A DNA stretch of 62,892 bases, counting the filler, from Platydemus manokwari (Eukaryota): assembly GCA_037951405.1 (NCBI GenBank). It is 6 parts of 6 records of this genome, joined end to end, with 100 filler letters (N's around TTAATTAATTAA, not from the genome) between each part and the next. Parts side by side here need not be neighbours in the genome. Positions count along the whole stretch, not along the records: positions 30,112 to 41,656 come from JBBMOY010605549.1; positions 41,757 to 50,960 come from JBBMOY011283428.1; positions 51,061 to 62,892 come from JBBMOY010446667.1; 3 more parts are not named here. One strand, given 5' to 3'. The notes under the pieces are model-generated. The model had not been told where the DNA came from, searched no databases, and was given only the letters and a program-made list of their open reading frames with translations. Below, piece after piece: positions 40,689 to 51,944 of this stretch (position 1 is the first letter of the stretch; each line of letters opens with the position of its first letter). Position numbers and translations under genes: made by a program.

Positions 40689-41044
40689 CTGAAATATAAT
40701 ACATTAATTTTTATAGAAATATCAATTTTTGGTGAATGACAATGATATATGATAATGCTCATTTTATTTATTGTAGCTATTTCTCCTTGACGGTGATTGA
40801 TATTGCTATTAGGTCATCACCTCAGCTTCAGTCTCTGCTTTGGCATTTTATTTTATTTAATTTTTTCCCTTATTTTATTTTATAATTATATATTTTGATT
40901 ACTGTTACTGTTTATAGGTGCCGTTTGCTTTTATCCTTTATGTTAATATTTATTATAGGTTTATATTATTTATAAATAACATTCATATTGGTTATAAATA
41001 CTCATATTCAAACATTATCTATCTACATAGTTTACTTCTTCCCT

Positions 41045-41185
41045 TTACAATTTCGTTTCCAAGACCCCATTATACATGGTATTTGGAGGTCTATTTCTTC
41101 GTCTTATTTTCCGAATATAATTCCCTGTCAACATTGTAACCACCGTCATCGTGACGGCCAAGATTACTCCTCCTATCTTCCTTTG
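41045..41185 (-). pseudogene. C-terminal transmembrane anchor and basic tail of an env-position protein
   Basis: Frame not in the ORF track: QRKIGGVILAVTMTVVTMLTGNYIRKIRRRNRPPNTMYNGVLETKL*. Confidence 0.5.
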
Positions 41186-41430
41186 TCACTCTTTGACTTG
41201 ATTTGGGTGGCAGGCTTAATCGCTCCGGTTCCGCAAATGTTACAGCATTCATTGCAGAGGAATTCATCTCACAGTGAGTATTTGTGGGGAAACCCATCCC
41301 ACAAGTTAATTCCAATCGACGCGCTTTTAATATTAAATCTTCCAATGTTGAGCATTCCGCTATCGCCAGCGTGCTCTTGAACGCACTGTTAATTCCTCGT
41401 TTAAATTGATCGTGTAATAGAGCATAATTC
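41186..41430 (-). pseudogene. gag capsid C-terminal-like fragment
   Basis: LLHDQFKRGINSAFKSTLAIAECSTLEDLILKARRLEL fits the retrotransposon gag pattern L..QF..GL......L......TL......A...E. Confidence 0.65.
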
Positions 41431-41656
41431 TTGGTTTTCATTAAAAATATTGTTATGTAAACAAATACATTAATCACTAGAGAGGAGAGGAAAAGAACAT
41501 AATTATTCTTTTTCTCCCCTTTCTTGTGATTAATAGCAAATCATTAACATACACGTCATTTTGAAGCTCTATTCATAATCTATCAAAATCAGTCAACATT
41601 GTTTGATTTGTTTATACGCATCATATTTGTTTTAATTATGGAACATTTTGAAAATT

Positions 41657-41756
41657 NNNNNNNNNNNNNNNNNNNNNNNNNNNNNNNNNNNNNNNNNNNN
41701 TTAATTAATTAANNNNNNNNNNNNNNNNNNNNNNNNNNNNNNNNNNNNNNNNNNNN
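41657..41756. other. Artificial contig linker
   Basis: N44-TTAATTAATTAA-N44. Confidence 0.97.
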
Positions 41757-43129
41757 GAAAAGGGGAAGACCCAGAAAAGATGTAGGTGATGCCGAAGAAG
41801 CAGTCACCGAAGAGATAGCATTTAAGGCAAGACAATTAGAAGATGAGAAAATTAAACAGCTGATAAAGTGTGTAGAAGGAGAAGCGATTCCCCCGGAACT
41901 AAAAGTTCACTAGAGAACTCATGGAACAAATTACATAATAAAGAATGAAGTATTAAAATACAAGAACAATAGAGGGGAGTTATTGGTAATTCCCAAAGAG
42001 GAACAAGAAGCGTTGTTGCTAAAGTATCATGATGAAGCTCTAGGAGGGCATCTATCTGTAAGAAAGACGTTTCAGAGGCTGAAAAGGAATTATTGGTGGC
42101 CAGGAATGAAAGAGGATGCTAGAAAATGGTTCAAGACATGTGAATATGTCAAACACGAAGAAATATAGGAACCAAGACAAGAGTGCCATTACAGCCAATA
42201 GATATAATTCCAAAACCAATGGAATTCACAGCAATGGATAATATGAGACCATTGCTCAAAACAACCAAAGGAAATCGATATATTTTTAGTATTTTGCGAT
42301 TATGTCACGCGTTGGCCAGAAGCTTTTGCAATGCCAAACCATAAGGCAGCAACGATTGCCCAGATATTCGTGGAAGAGATAGTGTTCCGGTATGGAGCAC
42401 TGAGGAAAATACTGACAGGTAGAGGAAAGGATTTCCTGAGCAATATAATTGCGGAGATCTGTAAATTATTCCACATAATAAAGTTGAGTACCTCGCCATG
42501 TAGACCTCAGACAGATGGCCTGGTAGAAAGATTTAATAACACTTTGAGAAATATGCTAGCCTCTTATACAAGTACAAATCAGAGAGATTGGGACATACAC
42601 ATAGGATCGTGCATATATGCATACAGGAATACGGTGCACAGTACCACTAAAGAGACACCGTTTTATCTAATGTATCTAAGGGATAATAATATGCTCATAG
42701 ACTTGGAGTATGTTCAGCCTTCATCTCAGTATATGGATGAAAAAGATTACAAGACGAAAATGCAGGAGAGGATGCAAACCGCTTGGAAGAGAGCAGGATT
42801 ACAAATCAAGTATAGTCAGGAGAGCTATAAGGAAGCTTACGACAAAAAGGCGAAACCTCACCAGTTCAAGTTAGGAGATCAGGTACTAGTAGATACCCTG
42901 CAAGCGGTAAAAGGACTCTCCAAAATTGCTGAGAACATTTAAAGGCCCGTACACTGTGAAGAAAGTGAGGCCTACTAATTTACAATTAAACAGAAAAGGA
43001 CCGGCTGTACCATTGATAGTCCATGCAAATAGATGTAAGCGAGTAACAGAAGTAGAACCGAGTCTACATGCGCTACTTTCCAGGACAAGAACAGTAGCAA
43101 CAGTAACTACCGGAAAAGGAGTGAAGTTA

Positions 43130-43699
43130 CACAAATGGTTTTGGATGCCATTGTGTATATTGGCATTGATACTAACTACGGAAACAAAAAAGGATTTAGA
43201 GAAGAATCCTAAAATGCCCGAATTCTACTTCGAAATAGAGGCAAAGAGAATCACAGCGCATTGTGATTGCGACAGTGATCCGCTGGTGTCAATGGCCTTA
43301 TTATTAAGAGAAGGAAATAGAGCCGAAGTTTATCTAGGAAAACATAGGAATAAGGTTTCATTTAATAATTTAAGATCGTCACGCGTTTACTGGTTTGAAG
43401 CAGTGGTTTCAAGCAAAAGTGACCGCAGGGGGAAAGCGAGACAGAAATACAGAGTGAAGACAAGGTGCAAACGCGCTCATTTGAAGAGAATGGATACCGG
43501 ACCAGAAAGAAGAAACGAATTAAAACAGGGCGAATGATCTTTAAGATCCATAGAGCAATTGATGATAATAGGGTTTGTAATGATAGCCATTGCAATCTTT
43601 ATAGTAATAATAACGTTAATAACAAGAATGATAGTCAGCTACCATCAGCAGAATATAAGTTTAAACAGAAACAGGAGAACCCAGGATACTCAATGTTAA
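43130..43699 (+). pseudogene. Type-I membrane-like protein fused in-frame after integrase (signal-like segment, FN3-like ectodomain, TM helix); one internal stop at 43535
   Basis: WFWMPLCILALILTT ... KVSFNNLRSSRVYWFEAVVSS ... *SLRSIEQLMIIGFVMIAIAIFIVIITLITRMIVSY...QC*, all in the frame of ORF 42926-43537. Confidence 0.65.
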
Positions 43700-43700
43700 A

Positions 43701-43778
43701 AGTACAGTATATAGTGTATCTGCTGTATAAAGTAAAGTATAGAGTACAGTATATAGTGTATCTACTGTATAAAGTAAA
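43701..43778 (+). repeat. Tandem duplication, 42-nt period (36-nt unit, 1 mismatch)
   Basis: AGTACAGTATATAGTGTATCT(G/A)CTGTATAAAGTAAA at 43701 and 43743. Confidence 0.9.
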
Positions 43779-43839
43779 TTGTTTAAGTTCTTTAGTAAAA
43801 CGAGTATCAACTAATATTAATGATTGCTTATATTTTAGA

Positions 43840-44740
43840 ATGAGAAATAAACTCACCTCAGCAGAAACAGATGAAAATATAGTATCAAAGAGAAAAGGAA
43901 AGTCGGTAAAGAAGACGGTAAAAGCACGAATCTTTTATGACAGAATAGAAGCCTTCATGAATGTCAACCATTGGTGGCAGATCAATATTACGAGGGTACA
44001 GGATATACCCAATTGCCTCAAGGAAAAAGCGGTGGAAAACAGAAGAATGTTTCTAAGAGCAAAACCGCAAGAAAGCGAATTACCAATAAAAGGACTGATA
44101 GAGGACCAAGAAGAGATCGAGATTAATAACGTCCTCACAGCCATTGAAGTTGCCATCCCGGAGATGGGATGGAAAACCATAGTAATACCATATGTAACAG
44201 TAAAGATTGAAGGATCCAGTGAAGACCTCAAAAAGATAGTGATCAGAAACGTTTACGAAGAAAGAGGAATGTGGTCACTGACCATATTCGATAAGAATCA
44301 ACCCAATTGGGGAAAGGCACCCCGTCAATCCAAAGAAAAATTTGGGGAGTTGAACAACAAATCGAAAATCACAGATCCTTTTTGTGAATGAGAATGGCGG
44401 AGAAGAATATTAAACGAAGAGTGCGATTTGTCCATGTGGCATTAGCACAACCGGAATTCGCCATTGGGCTTGTCCGATAGCCGTGAATATATTAGACTAT
44501 CAAGTGGAACTGACGTACTCGAACGTAATCACTCCAGGAGCCAGAATCTTGGATTACCGAACTCCTCAACATGGCCTAATCGAAGAAACGGTGCAAGGAA
44601 GAAGAGATGAACTTTTGGCCAAGGAGGAAATAAATAAACTATTGAGAGGAACAATAGTTATTGACCACAGAGTATTAGAAGGACTAATAGCTCTAAGAAT
44701 TTGCCAGTACCGTATCAAGTTAAGATTTATTTTATTATAA
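43840..44740 (+). pseudogene. Accessory ORF3 of the Gypsy element, unknown function
   Basis: ATG at 43840 just after TATTTTAG. Open to 44391, continues past TGA as EWRRRIL, then frameshifts into ORF 44483-44740. Confidence 0.65.
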
Positions 44741-45973
44741 ACTCGATATTGTTTAATTGTTCGAGGAAGACGTAATCCCAAACAATAGTTTATTAGTGTA
44801 TTTAGTAATTGTGAATCGTGTTAGAATATTCGCGGATAGTGTATCCCGAATATTGGTATATCAATAAAAGAAGAGTCTTAGTATTGTGATATTCGTGGAC
44901 AGTGCCCCCGGAATATCGGTATTAGTATAGAGTAATTGTATTGAGGGTCAGTAACCCGATACGCACGCTGGTATTGTAGTAGCGGCCAGGAGTAGCTCCT
45001 CGGCTAGTAATTCAATTTGGTGAACGGACTAGAACCGTATTTGTTGACAGAACATCAGTAGGGGCTAGGCCCTGGTGAAACTAAATCAAAGTTGTAGATT
45101 TTTTGTAGAAATATAACTTAGTGAGCAACAACTTTGTTTTGATTTTTGAAGTCAGGAGATTTGGAGGATTGTTGCGCTCCACAGTCGGTAGAAGCAACGA
45201 AAGTGACAAAACATATTTTTAAAATTCCTTTTCCAGAGGGATTAATTGTCAATCTTAATCAGGTTTAGATAAATATATTTAAATCATTTAATAATTACTT
45301 TATTTAAATAATCCAAAGTAAATTTTAAAATATTAAATTCTGATATTTATTAAATTATTTTAAATCGTAATTAAATTTTTTTTATTAAAATGTTTATTTA
45401 TAATTATTATTATTTTATTTGGATTTCACTCACACTTCACAAATTTAAATTTTCATTTTAAGACCCTTTTTTAACTTTAGCTGAATTTTCGCTTTTTAAT
45501 GGCGATTATTTACCAATTATCATTGGATAAATGAATATTTCTATAATAGAATAGTGAATTTTTTTGGATAATTGAGACAAAAGTGTTGGTTTTGCACGTG
45601 ATTTTCTTTGTAATGGCCATTAACAAGTTATCGCTAGATTGATATTTTCAATTTTTAACGATTATCGTAGAGTCTGGATTATGTCTACGTTATCCATTAA
45701 TGGATCTCATCGAGTTTAGAATAAAAGGACATTAAAAGATTCTATGGTAACATTTTATGAAAAAATAAATATTTTTTATAAATTTTAGAATATTTTTGAA
45801 TAATAAAGAAAATTATCGATTGATAAAAATTATAATTTTTCACGATTTGAATTTGTTTGACAAGGTTTTTCAATTTTCAATCAAACAGACCACTCAGCAA
45901 TCGATAAAAAAATGTATTCAAATCATCAATGAATCTGTGAGTCACACAATTGATTGAGTGATGGAGAATGTTT

Positions 45974-47404
45974 TCATTGGCAATTCGAGACTCTTTTGAC
46001 AGAGCATTTGATGAAAATCTGATCTCTCCAGCGCACCGCTGGATTGGCTGATATTTCTTCCAGTGCAATAAATCGAGTAAAACCACGCCCGATATTTCTA
46101 TCACTTGTTGGTTTGAGCCATGCTGTGCTGTCTGGTAAATCAGAATATTTTCTTGTCATTGCCAAATGAGCAAGGCCATTGAATTGATTGATTAGTGAAA
46201 ACTCGACATCATATTTGAGTGGCCATTCGAGATCATCATCGGATGACCCTTTCATAATACAGGCATAAATTGATAAATAATATCCTTTTGCTTTGCGAAA
46301 GCCATTTGGATCTGCTCGAAGACACATTTTATAACCGCCGCTATGAGAGTAGAAACTATCACTGTAAATTGTTAAATCGACGCCATTTTGCGCCTGTCTT
46401 CTTTTGTCTGCCCAGTTATCAATTTTCCAGATAAATCCAAACATTTCTCGCAACTCGCTCGACTGATTTTTTAAATCTTTGATTTCATTTTGCATTTCAT
46501 CAATGGATTGATTTGTTTCTATGGTTTCTGTTTTCATTTTATCGCCTCTCTGTAAGATAGCTTTCAATTTAATCTCGACATCCTGATAAAATATCGCGAT
46601 AAATTATTGATTAATTATAAAATTTACCGTTTGAGTTTCACATTTGTTTAATATTGTTGTTATTTGTTTTGTGAATTTATCAATTGTTTGGAATTCATTT
46701 TCGACATCTTTCATCAATTGTGAAATCTAACAGGCTGACAATAACTATATTGATTATTTAAAGATCCATTTTACTTGTTTTTTCTTTTCATTGTCTGCAG
46801 TTTCCAGTTCTGATCTCAAATTTCCGTTTTGAGTTTTCAAGTAAACCATTTCATTCAATTTTAATATTCCAATCGAATTGCTTTCTTCTCGTTTCTGCAA
46901 ATCTCGAATAATTTCCTGAAATAATCAATAATAAACTGAATTCTTTTCAAAAGAATTTTACATCAGATTTGTCTTCAAGTATTTTCATTTTTGCTCTTAA
47001 ATCGGTATTTTCCAATCTCAAGTTATTGAAGTCTATATTGATTGATTGAATATTGTTTTGCAGTGTTTTAATCTATACAAAACGTTATCAATCAATCGAT
47101 TATTAAGTAATACATTTTACTTGTTTAGTCCTTTCATTGCTAACGTTTTCCAGTTCTGAATTGTATAAGTTTTTCAATAAAACAATTTCTTCATCCAATA
47201 TTTTTATTTCATTTTTATTCTCCTTTGCGACTTTTTGCAATTCCTTAACAATTTTCTGAAATAATCAATATAAGCAAAATTCATCATGAAAATATTTGAC
47301 CTCGGTTTTTTTTTCATGGATTTTTTTCTTCAATTTCTTCTTCATTGATTTCAAGTTCATGTTTCAAATCGGAATAATTTGAATATATATGTTGAGAAAT
47401 AGAT
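45974..47404 (-). CDS. TRAF-like coiled-coil + MATH domain protein; exons 47404-47301, 47255-47121, 47072-46962, 46915-46775, 46726-46628, 46582-45974
   Basis: FIWKI..W, IYSDSFYS..GGYKMCLRADPNG, YLSIY.CIMKG..DD.LEWP, GF..FI, DQIFIKC.V identify a TRAF-C/MATH domain. Five phase-0 GT-AG introns of 45-48 nt. Frame of the most 5' exon is ambiguous. Confidence 0.9.
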
Positions 47405-48239
47405 CTAGTTAAACAAATTGTTATTTTTAACAAAAATATTTGTTTAATTTACAGATATTTATTCCGAAATCGAATTTGGTCCATATGTTACCGAATATTA
47501 TTAAAATATATTTTGTCAAAGGTTTTACAAATTCGGTGAAGTTTCTTTTCATTCTTATTATAAATGTACAGAAAATATTTATGAAAAATAGGTTTGATAA
47601 TAATAATTATTATTATTAAAATGAAAATTAGAATAATTAAAGTTCCGGTTATGCTATTAAATTTAAAAAATATTTACTTTATGGATTTGATGATTTCATG
47701 CGCTTAATTACTGATTACAGTTAGCGAATGTTCAAAGTTGCATTTTTGATCTTTGATATCTCTTAATTAATAGGTAACATAGACATAATTAATAAGGTTA
47801 ATAAATGGATCATTAGAACAGTGTGTATTTTATGTTGCACTGTTATATTTTAATCGATTTTCGATTTGAGATGGCAAATAAATTTCGGTGTCTTCCTATT
47901 ATTTTATGTTTTTAGAGTTTTACTATCAGTATTATTTAATATTCATATTTTCATTCTCATGTAGAATCCATACTGATAAGAGCAGAACATCAAACTCTTC
48001 TACTAATTATAAAGTATCATTTTAAAAATAGCAAAATCGAAAATTTAATAGAATTTTGAATATCATGATTTTGATTGGAAGTTATGTTACCACTGGCTAT
48101 TGAAAAATTAATATTAATTGTGATATCTTCAGCTTAATGAGTTCCAAGAGAATACATTTTATTATTTTCAAATTCTCAAACAGATATAAAAATAATAAAA
48201 TTTTAATTTTTTGAAATTAATTTACATTTTCAATTTAAA

Positions 48240-50171
48240 CTTGGAGTACATCAGTAAATTTTCTAGATGCAAACCGTCCCTCTTCGGAAAAGCCTCTATC
48301 TAGGTAATTCATGTATCTCGATGGCTTTTTATTCCTGGTAGACCTCTTTGTTTTCTCGCCCGTGTTTTGTAATATCTCCTTTTTTGAGTCATTACTTCCG
48401 TTGATGATGCTTTGCCGCTTGTTTCGATACTCGCATCATTGTCCATTCCTCCATCATCATTTGCGATATTATTTATTATCCGATTTTCTTTACTTGATTA
48501 TAATTTCGTTGAATAATTTCATATAACTTCTGACTATAAAGCTTATAAGTCGATTCATTTATTTTCTCTAAAATCTTGAATGGACTTACAAATCTTTTAC
48601 CAAAAGGTTTGTAAAACGGATTTTCAATCATGACTATATCGCCACTGATAATTCATGGGAATATTTCCCTAGGTTATAGCATTTTGATTGCTTCACAATC
48701 TGATTCTTATTATAATTCTGTACTTCTTCGAAATTTTCTTATGATGATTCGTAAACTCTTCCATAGTTTTCCTTTTATATTGCTTTGCCTCATTAATATG
48801 CTTTAATCGAATAAGCTATAATAATCTATGGAAAATTTTCTATGATACCTAGTATAAACCGGTTTCCTTGTTTCGTTTCAGGATATGGTTCTGCAGTATC
48901 GATACCAACAAATTCGAACGGCTTATTTGTAATTATTGATTGCAATTTAGCTCTAATTCTTCCATCAATTTCCTTAGTTGATGAGCATTCAATACACGTA
49001 TGCACGTATTAGTGAATATCTTTTCTCCAGTCTGAAATTCGTTTTCAACTATTGTAGTTGCTTTCTCTATCCTAATTTTTCTATGTCCTAATTTTTCATG
49101 GATCATTTTAACACACGTCTTAATATCACATTGAGGTACTATATAACGATAAATGTTATTTTTCTTATAGTATAATGCATCATCTCTAACTCTAAAGTAC
49201 TCCATCTTTTTCCAAATATTTTTGTAACGAGGTATTTTTGATAAATCCATGACACTCCAGCTGAGAATTGCATTTATCATAATTTTCAATTCTTCATCTT
49301 TATTTTGATCTAAAAATTTCTCTTGTTCCTCTCGACATAAAACTTTCTCATTTTCGTTACACGATACATCGCTTTTTTGTAGTCCACTTTTATATTACGT
49401 CTTTTTGTGGGTTTTGATGCTTTATAGAGCATTGTTCACAATGTGGAAATCGTGATATCGCATTTGCATCGATGTGTTCTTTTCCTTTTCTATATTCTAT
49501 TTCCATTTCGAATATTTCTAGCTCTGCTTTCCATATACAATATTGTGATGTATTTGGAGAATTCCAATTCAGCAAACCATTTTAGAGCCACATGATCAGT
49601 TCTGACAATAAATTTCTTACCATATAGGTAGTGTTTAAATTTTTTAACACATAGATGGCTAGCAACTCTTTTCTTGTTATACAACATTTACGCTGCGCTT
49701 TGTCAATATTCTTGATGTGTACTCTATCACTCGTTCTTCACTGTTTTGTATTTGAGAACGCACAGCTCCTATAGCACTGAAAAATGCATCAGTATCCAAA
49801 ACATATTTCCCTTCTTTGCATGGCAAACTTAGAACTGGCGGTGAAATTAATGATGTTTTTAATTTGTGAAAAGATGCAGTTGCTAAATCGTTCCACTCAG
49901 ATTCACTCTTTTTCTTCAGTAATTGGTATAGTGGTTGGGTAATACCAACAAAATCCTTTATAAATCGACTATAATAACGACATAATCCCAGAAATTCCTG
50001 CAGTTCCTTGTCACATTGAGGTTTTAAACAATTCAGTTCGTCATCTAAGTTCTGTTCAATATTTTTTAACATTTTATCGAGTTTACTTTCTCGCTTTTCG
50101 GAACATAAATTATACAACCCAACTGAATTCCCAATGTTGTCCTCGTTTATTTCATTTATCTCTTCTAGCAA
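48240..50171 (-). mobile_element. Decayed Ty3/Gypsy pol (RT connection, RNase H, integrase) with deletions
   Basis: LQEFLGLCRYYSRFIKDF, PPVLSLP...YVLDTDA...AIGAV.SQ, FKHYLYGKKFIVRTDH.ALKW, YRKGKEH..A.AISR, HEKLGH, PFEFVGID. Confidence 0.9.
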
Positions 50172-50960
50172 ACTAAATTCTTTCCAGTATAAAATATTTA
50201 ATGATTTACTGATTAACTTTCGAATGAGTGTTTCGACAAGATTTTAGTCCCCGTTGCAATAAGATCACTAAAATAAATCGAAATATTAATTGCTATCAGT
50301 GATTATGGTATAACTATTATTGTGATTGTAATATTAAAATGACAAAGTGAACTAAGCAAATTTTAAAAATGAAAAGGTTTTTCTCCGATTTCGAGGCCAA
50401 ACATTGTACTGAGATAATCCCAAAATGTCGGCTAGACTGGTACTGAAAATTTTCAAAATGGAAGAAAGACAATTAATAATGGTTTGTATAATTAACTAAA
50501 CTATTACTTCGTAAATTCTGCCATGAATTTTTAACAAAAGGTAACTCACTATTCTGGAAATTCAAATATCTTTCGCAGTAATCCACACAATAATAATTAA
50601 TGGTATTCTTTGTAAAATCAAAAGTTAATCAAAAGCATTTCTTCACAATAATCTTCTTCCTCTTTTGTGAGTGAGATATACTGATTTGTGTTCAGTTCAT
50701 ATACTATTTTTAAAATGTGTTTTTTTCCATTTTGAAGTGCTGTATCTAGCGTGATCGTTTTTATTATCAAATTCTTTAGTGTTTGACTTCTATTTTTATT
50801 TGTTCAGAAGCTCGGTAAATGTTATTTATTTTACATTCATTTTAGTCTGGCTTAAATTATTTATTTTACATCTTTTTGCTTTTGAATTATCAATAATTAC
50901 TTTTTTATTATTATTTTATTTTATTATTTTTATTATTATTAAAAAAATTAGGGCTAAACG

Positions 50961-51060
50961 NNNNNNNNNNNNNNNNNNNNNNNNNNNNNNNNNNNNNNNN
51001 NNNNTTAATTAATTAANNNNNNNNNNNNNNNNNNNNNNNNNNNNNNNNNNNNNNNNNNNN
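50961..51060. other. Artificial contig linker
   Basis: N44-TTAATTAATTAA-N44. Confidence 0.97.
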
Positions 51061-51130
51061 ATTTTTTAAGCGAGTTATAGTCTTTTAAAGTTGCTGTTAG
51101 ATAACGGCCATTATTTTTGCACCAACCTAA
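51061..51130. mobile_element. Mariner terminal inverted repeat, truncated at contig edge
   Basis: CCATTATTTTTGCACCAACCTAA followed by TA, the reverse complement of a TTAGGTTGGTGCAAAA-type mariner TIR. Confidence 0.75.
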
Positions 51131-51944
51131 TATATAAACTGTAAATATTTTAATACGTTATTTTCTAACTTTTGGGGATGTTTAAATTCTTTAAGTAATT
51201 CAGTATATTAGTTATTATTGTTTCAAGTCTTAAAATATTATATGATTTGACTTCGAGCATGAGAAAATGTTATAAATTAATTTTATATATAATTGCAATA
51301 TTTGATTTATGCATGTAATTCACTTATTATCTCATCTTTATTGGATATCTATTAGGAACAATACGGTGTTTGCAAACCAAGTTCCTATTCTAATCACAAC
51401 ACTTCTAGATGATTATTTGGGTTTTTCAATTTAAATTTTTTAAATTACAAATCGACTTAGTTAACCACAGACATGTTTATTAATATAATTACTTATTTTT
51501 ATAAAATAATTGTTAAAATTGAGAGTATTTCCCAATGCGCTTCTAGTGTTAAAATAGGGTTCTCCTCAAATTTTCGACCTACTTTGATCCCTTTTTCATA
51601 TAATAAATTTTAAGAGATTTTGTAGCTCTAGTGTACTTAATAATTGTTTTCAAACAACTAAAATTCTTTTTAAGTGCTCCAATATAAAGTTCAAAATGTT
51701 TCTAAAAAATATGATTAAATAAACTATATAGATTTTTGCAATACACTCAATAAATTAAAACCCTTTTTCTTAACTTTAGCCTCTGATTCGATTTAATTTC
51801 ATTATGTTTAGCAGAACATATTATTTTAATAGAAGCCTAGAATTGTAAATTTATTTTATATCTTGATAAAATATTAGTCTTCTTTCATAAGAATCTCATG
51901 TTCAATCAGTCGTTTTAAAGTTTAAATTACTAACAAACACTCAC

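Larger units (their letters stand above)
41757..45208 (+). mobile_element. 3' half of a Ty3/Gypsy element with accessory ORFs
   Basis: Integrase zinc-binding region (HDEALGGH..YWWPGM..C), core (CDYVTRW.EAF, LTGRGKDF, PQTDGLVERFN, HSTTKETPF) and GPY module (FKGPY...VHANRCK), then extra ORFs. Possible LTR end GTGACA at 45208. Confidence 0.85.

Noticed and set aside
41477-41983. Treating the minus and plus Gypsy pieces as one element
   Set aside because: Opposite orientation, separated by a linker, and their ORF3s are strongly diverged.
43465-43839. N-terminal part of the 308-aa ORF
   Set aside because: Overlaps the TM-coding frame and the tandem repeat (KVQYIVYLLYKV twice). Homology to the other ORF3 begins only after about 43930.
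44748-45080. Hairpin array as a CRISPR array
   Set aside because: Repeats are not identical, there are no cas genes, and the context is a eukaryotic retroelement.
45208-47404. TRAF/MATH gene as cargo of the neighbouring Gypsy
   Set aside because: It has multiple introns, is on the opposite strand and lies beyond the probable element end. No enclosing LTR pair is visible, though this is not fully excluded.
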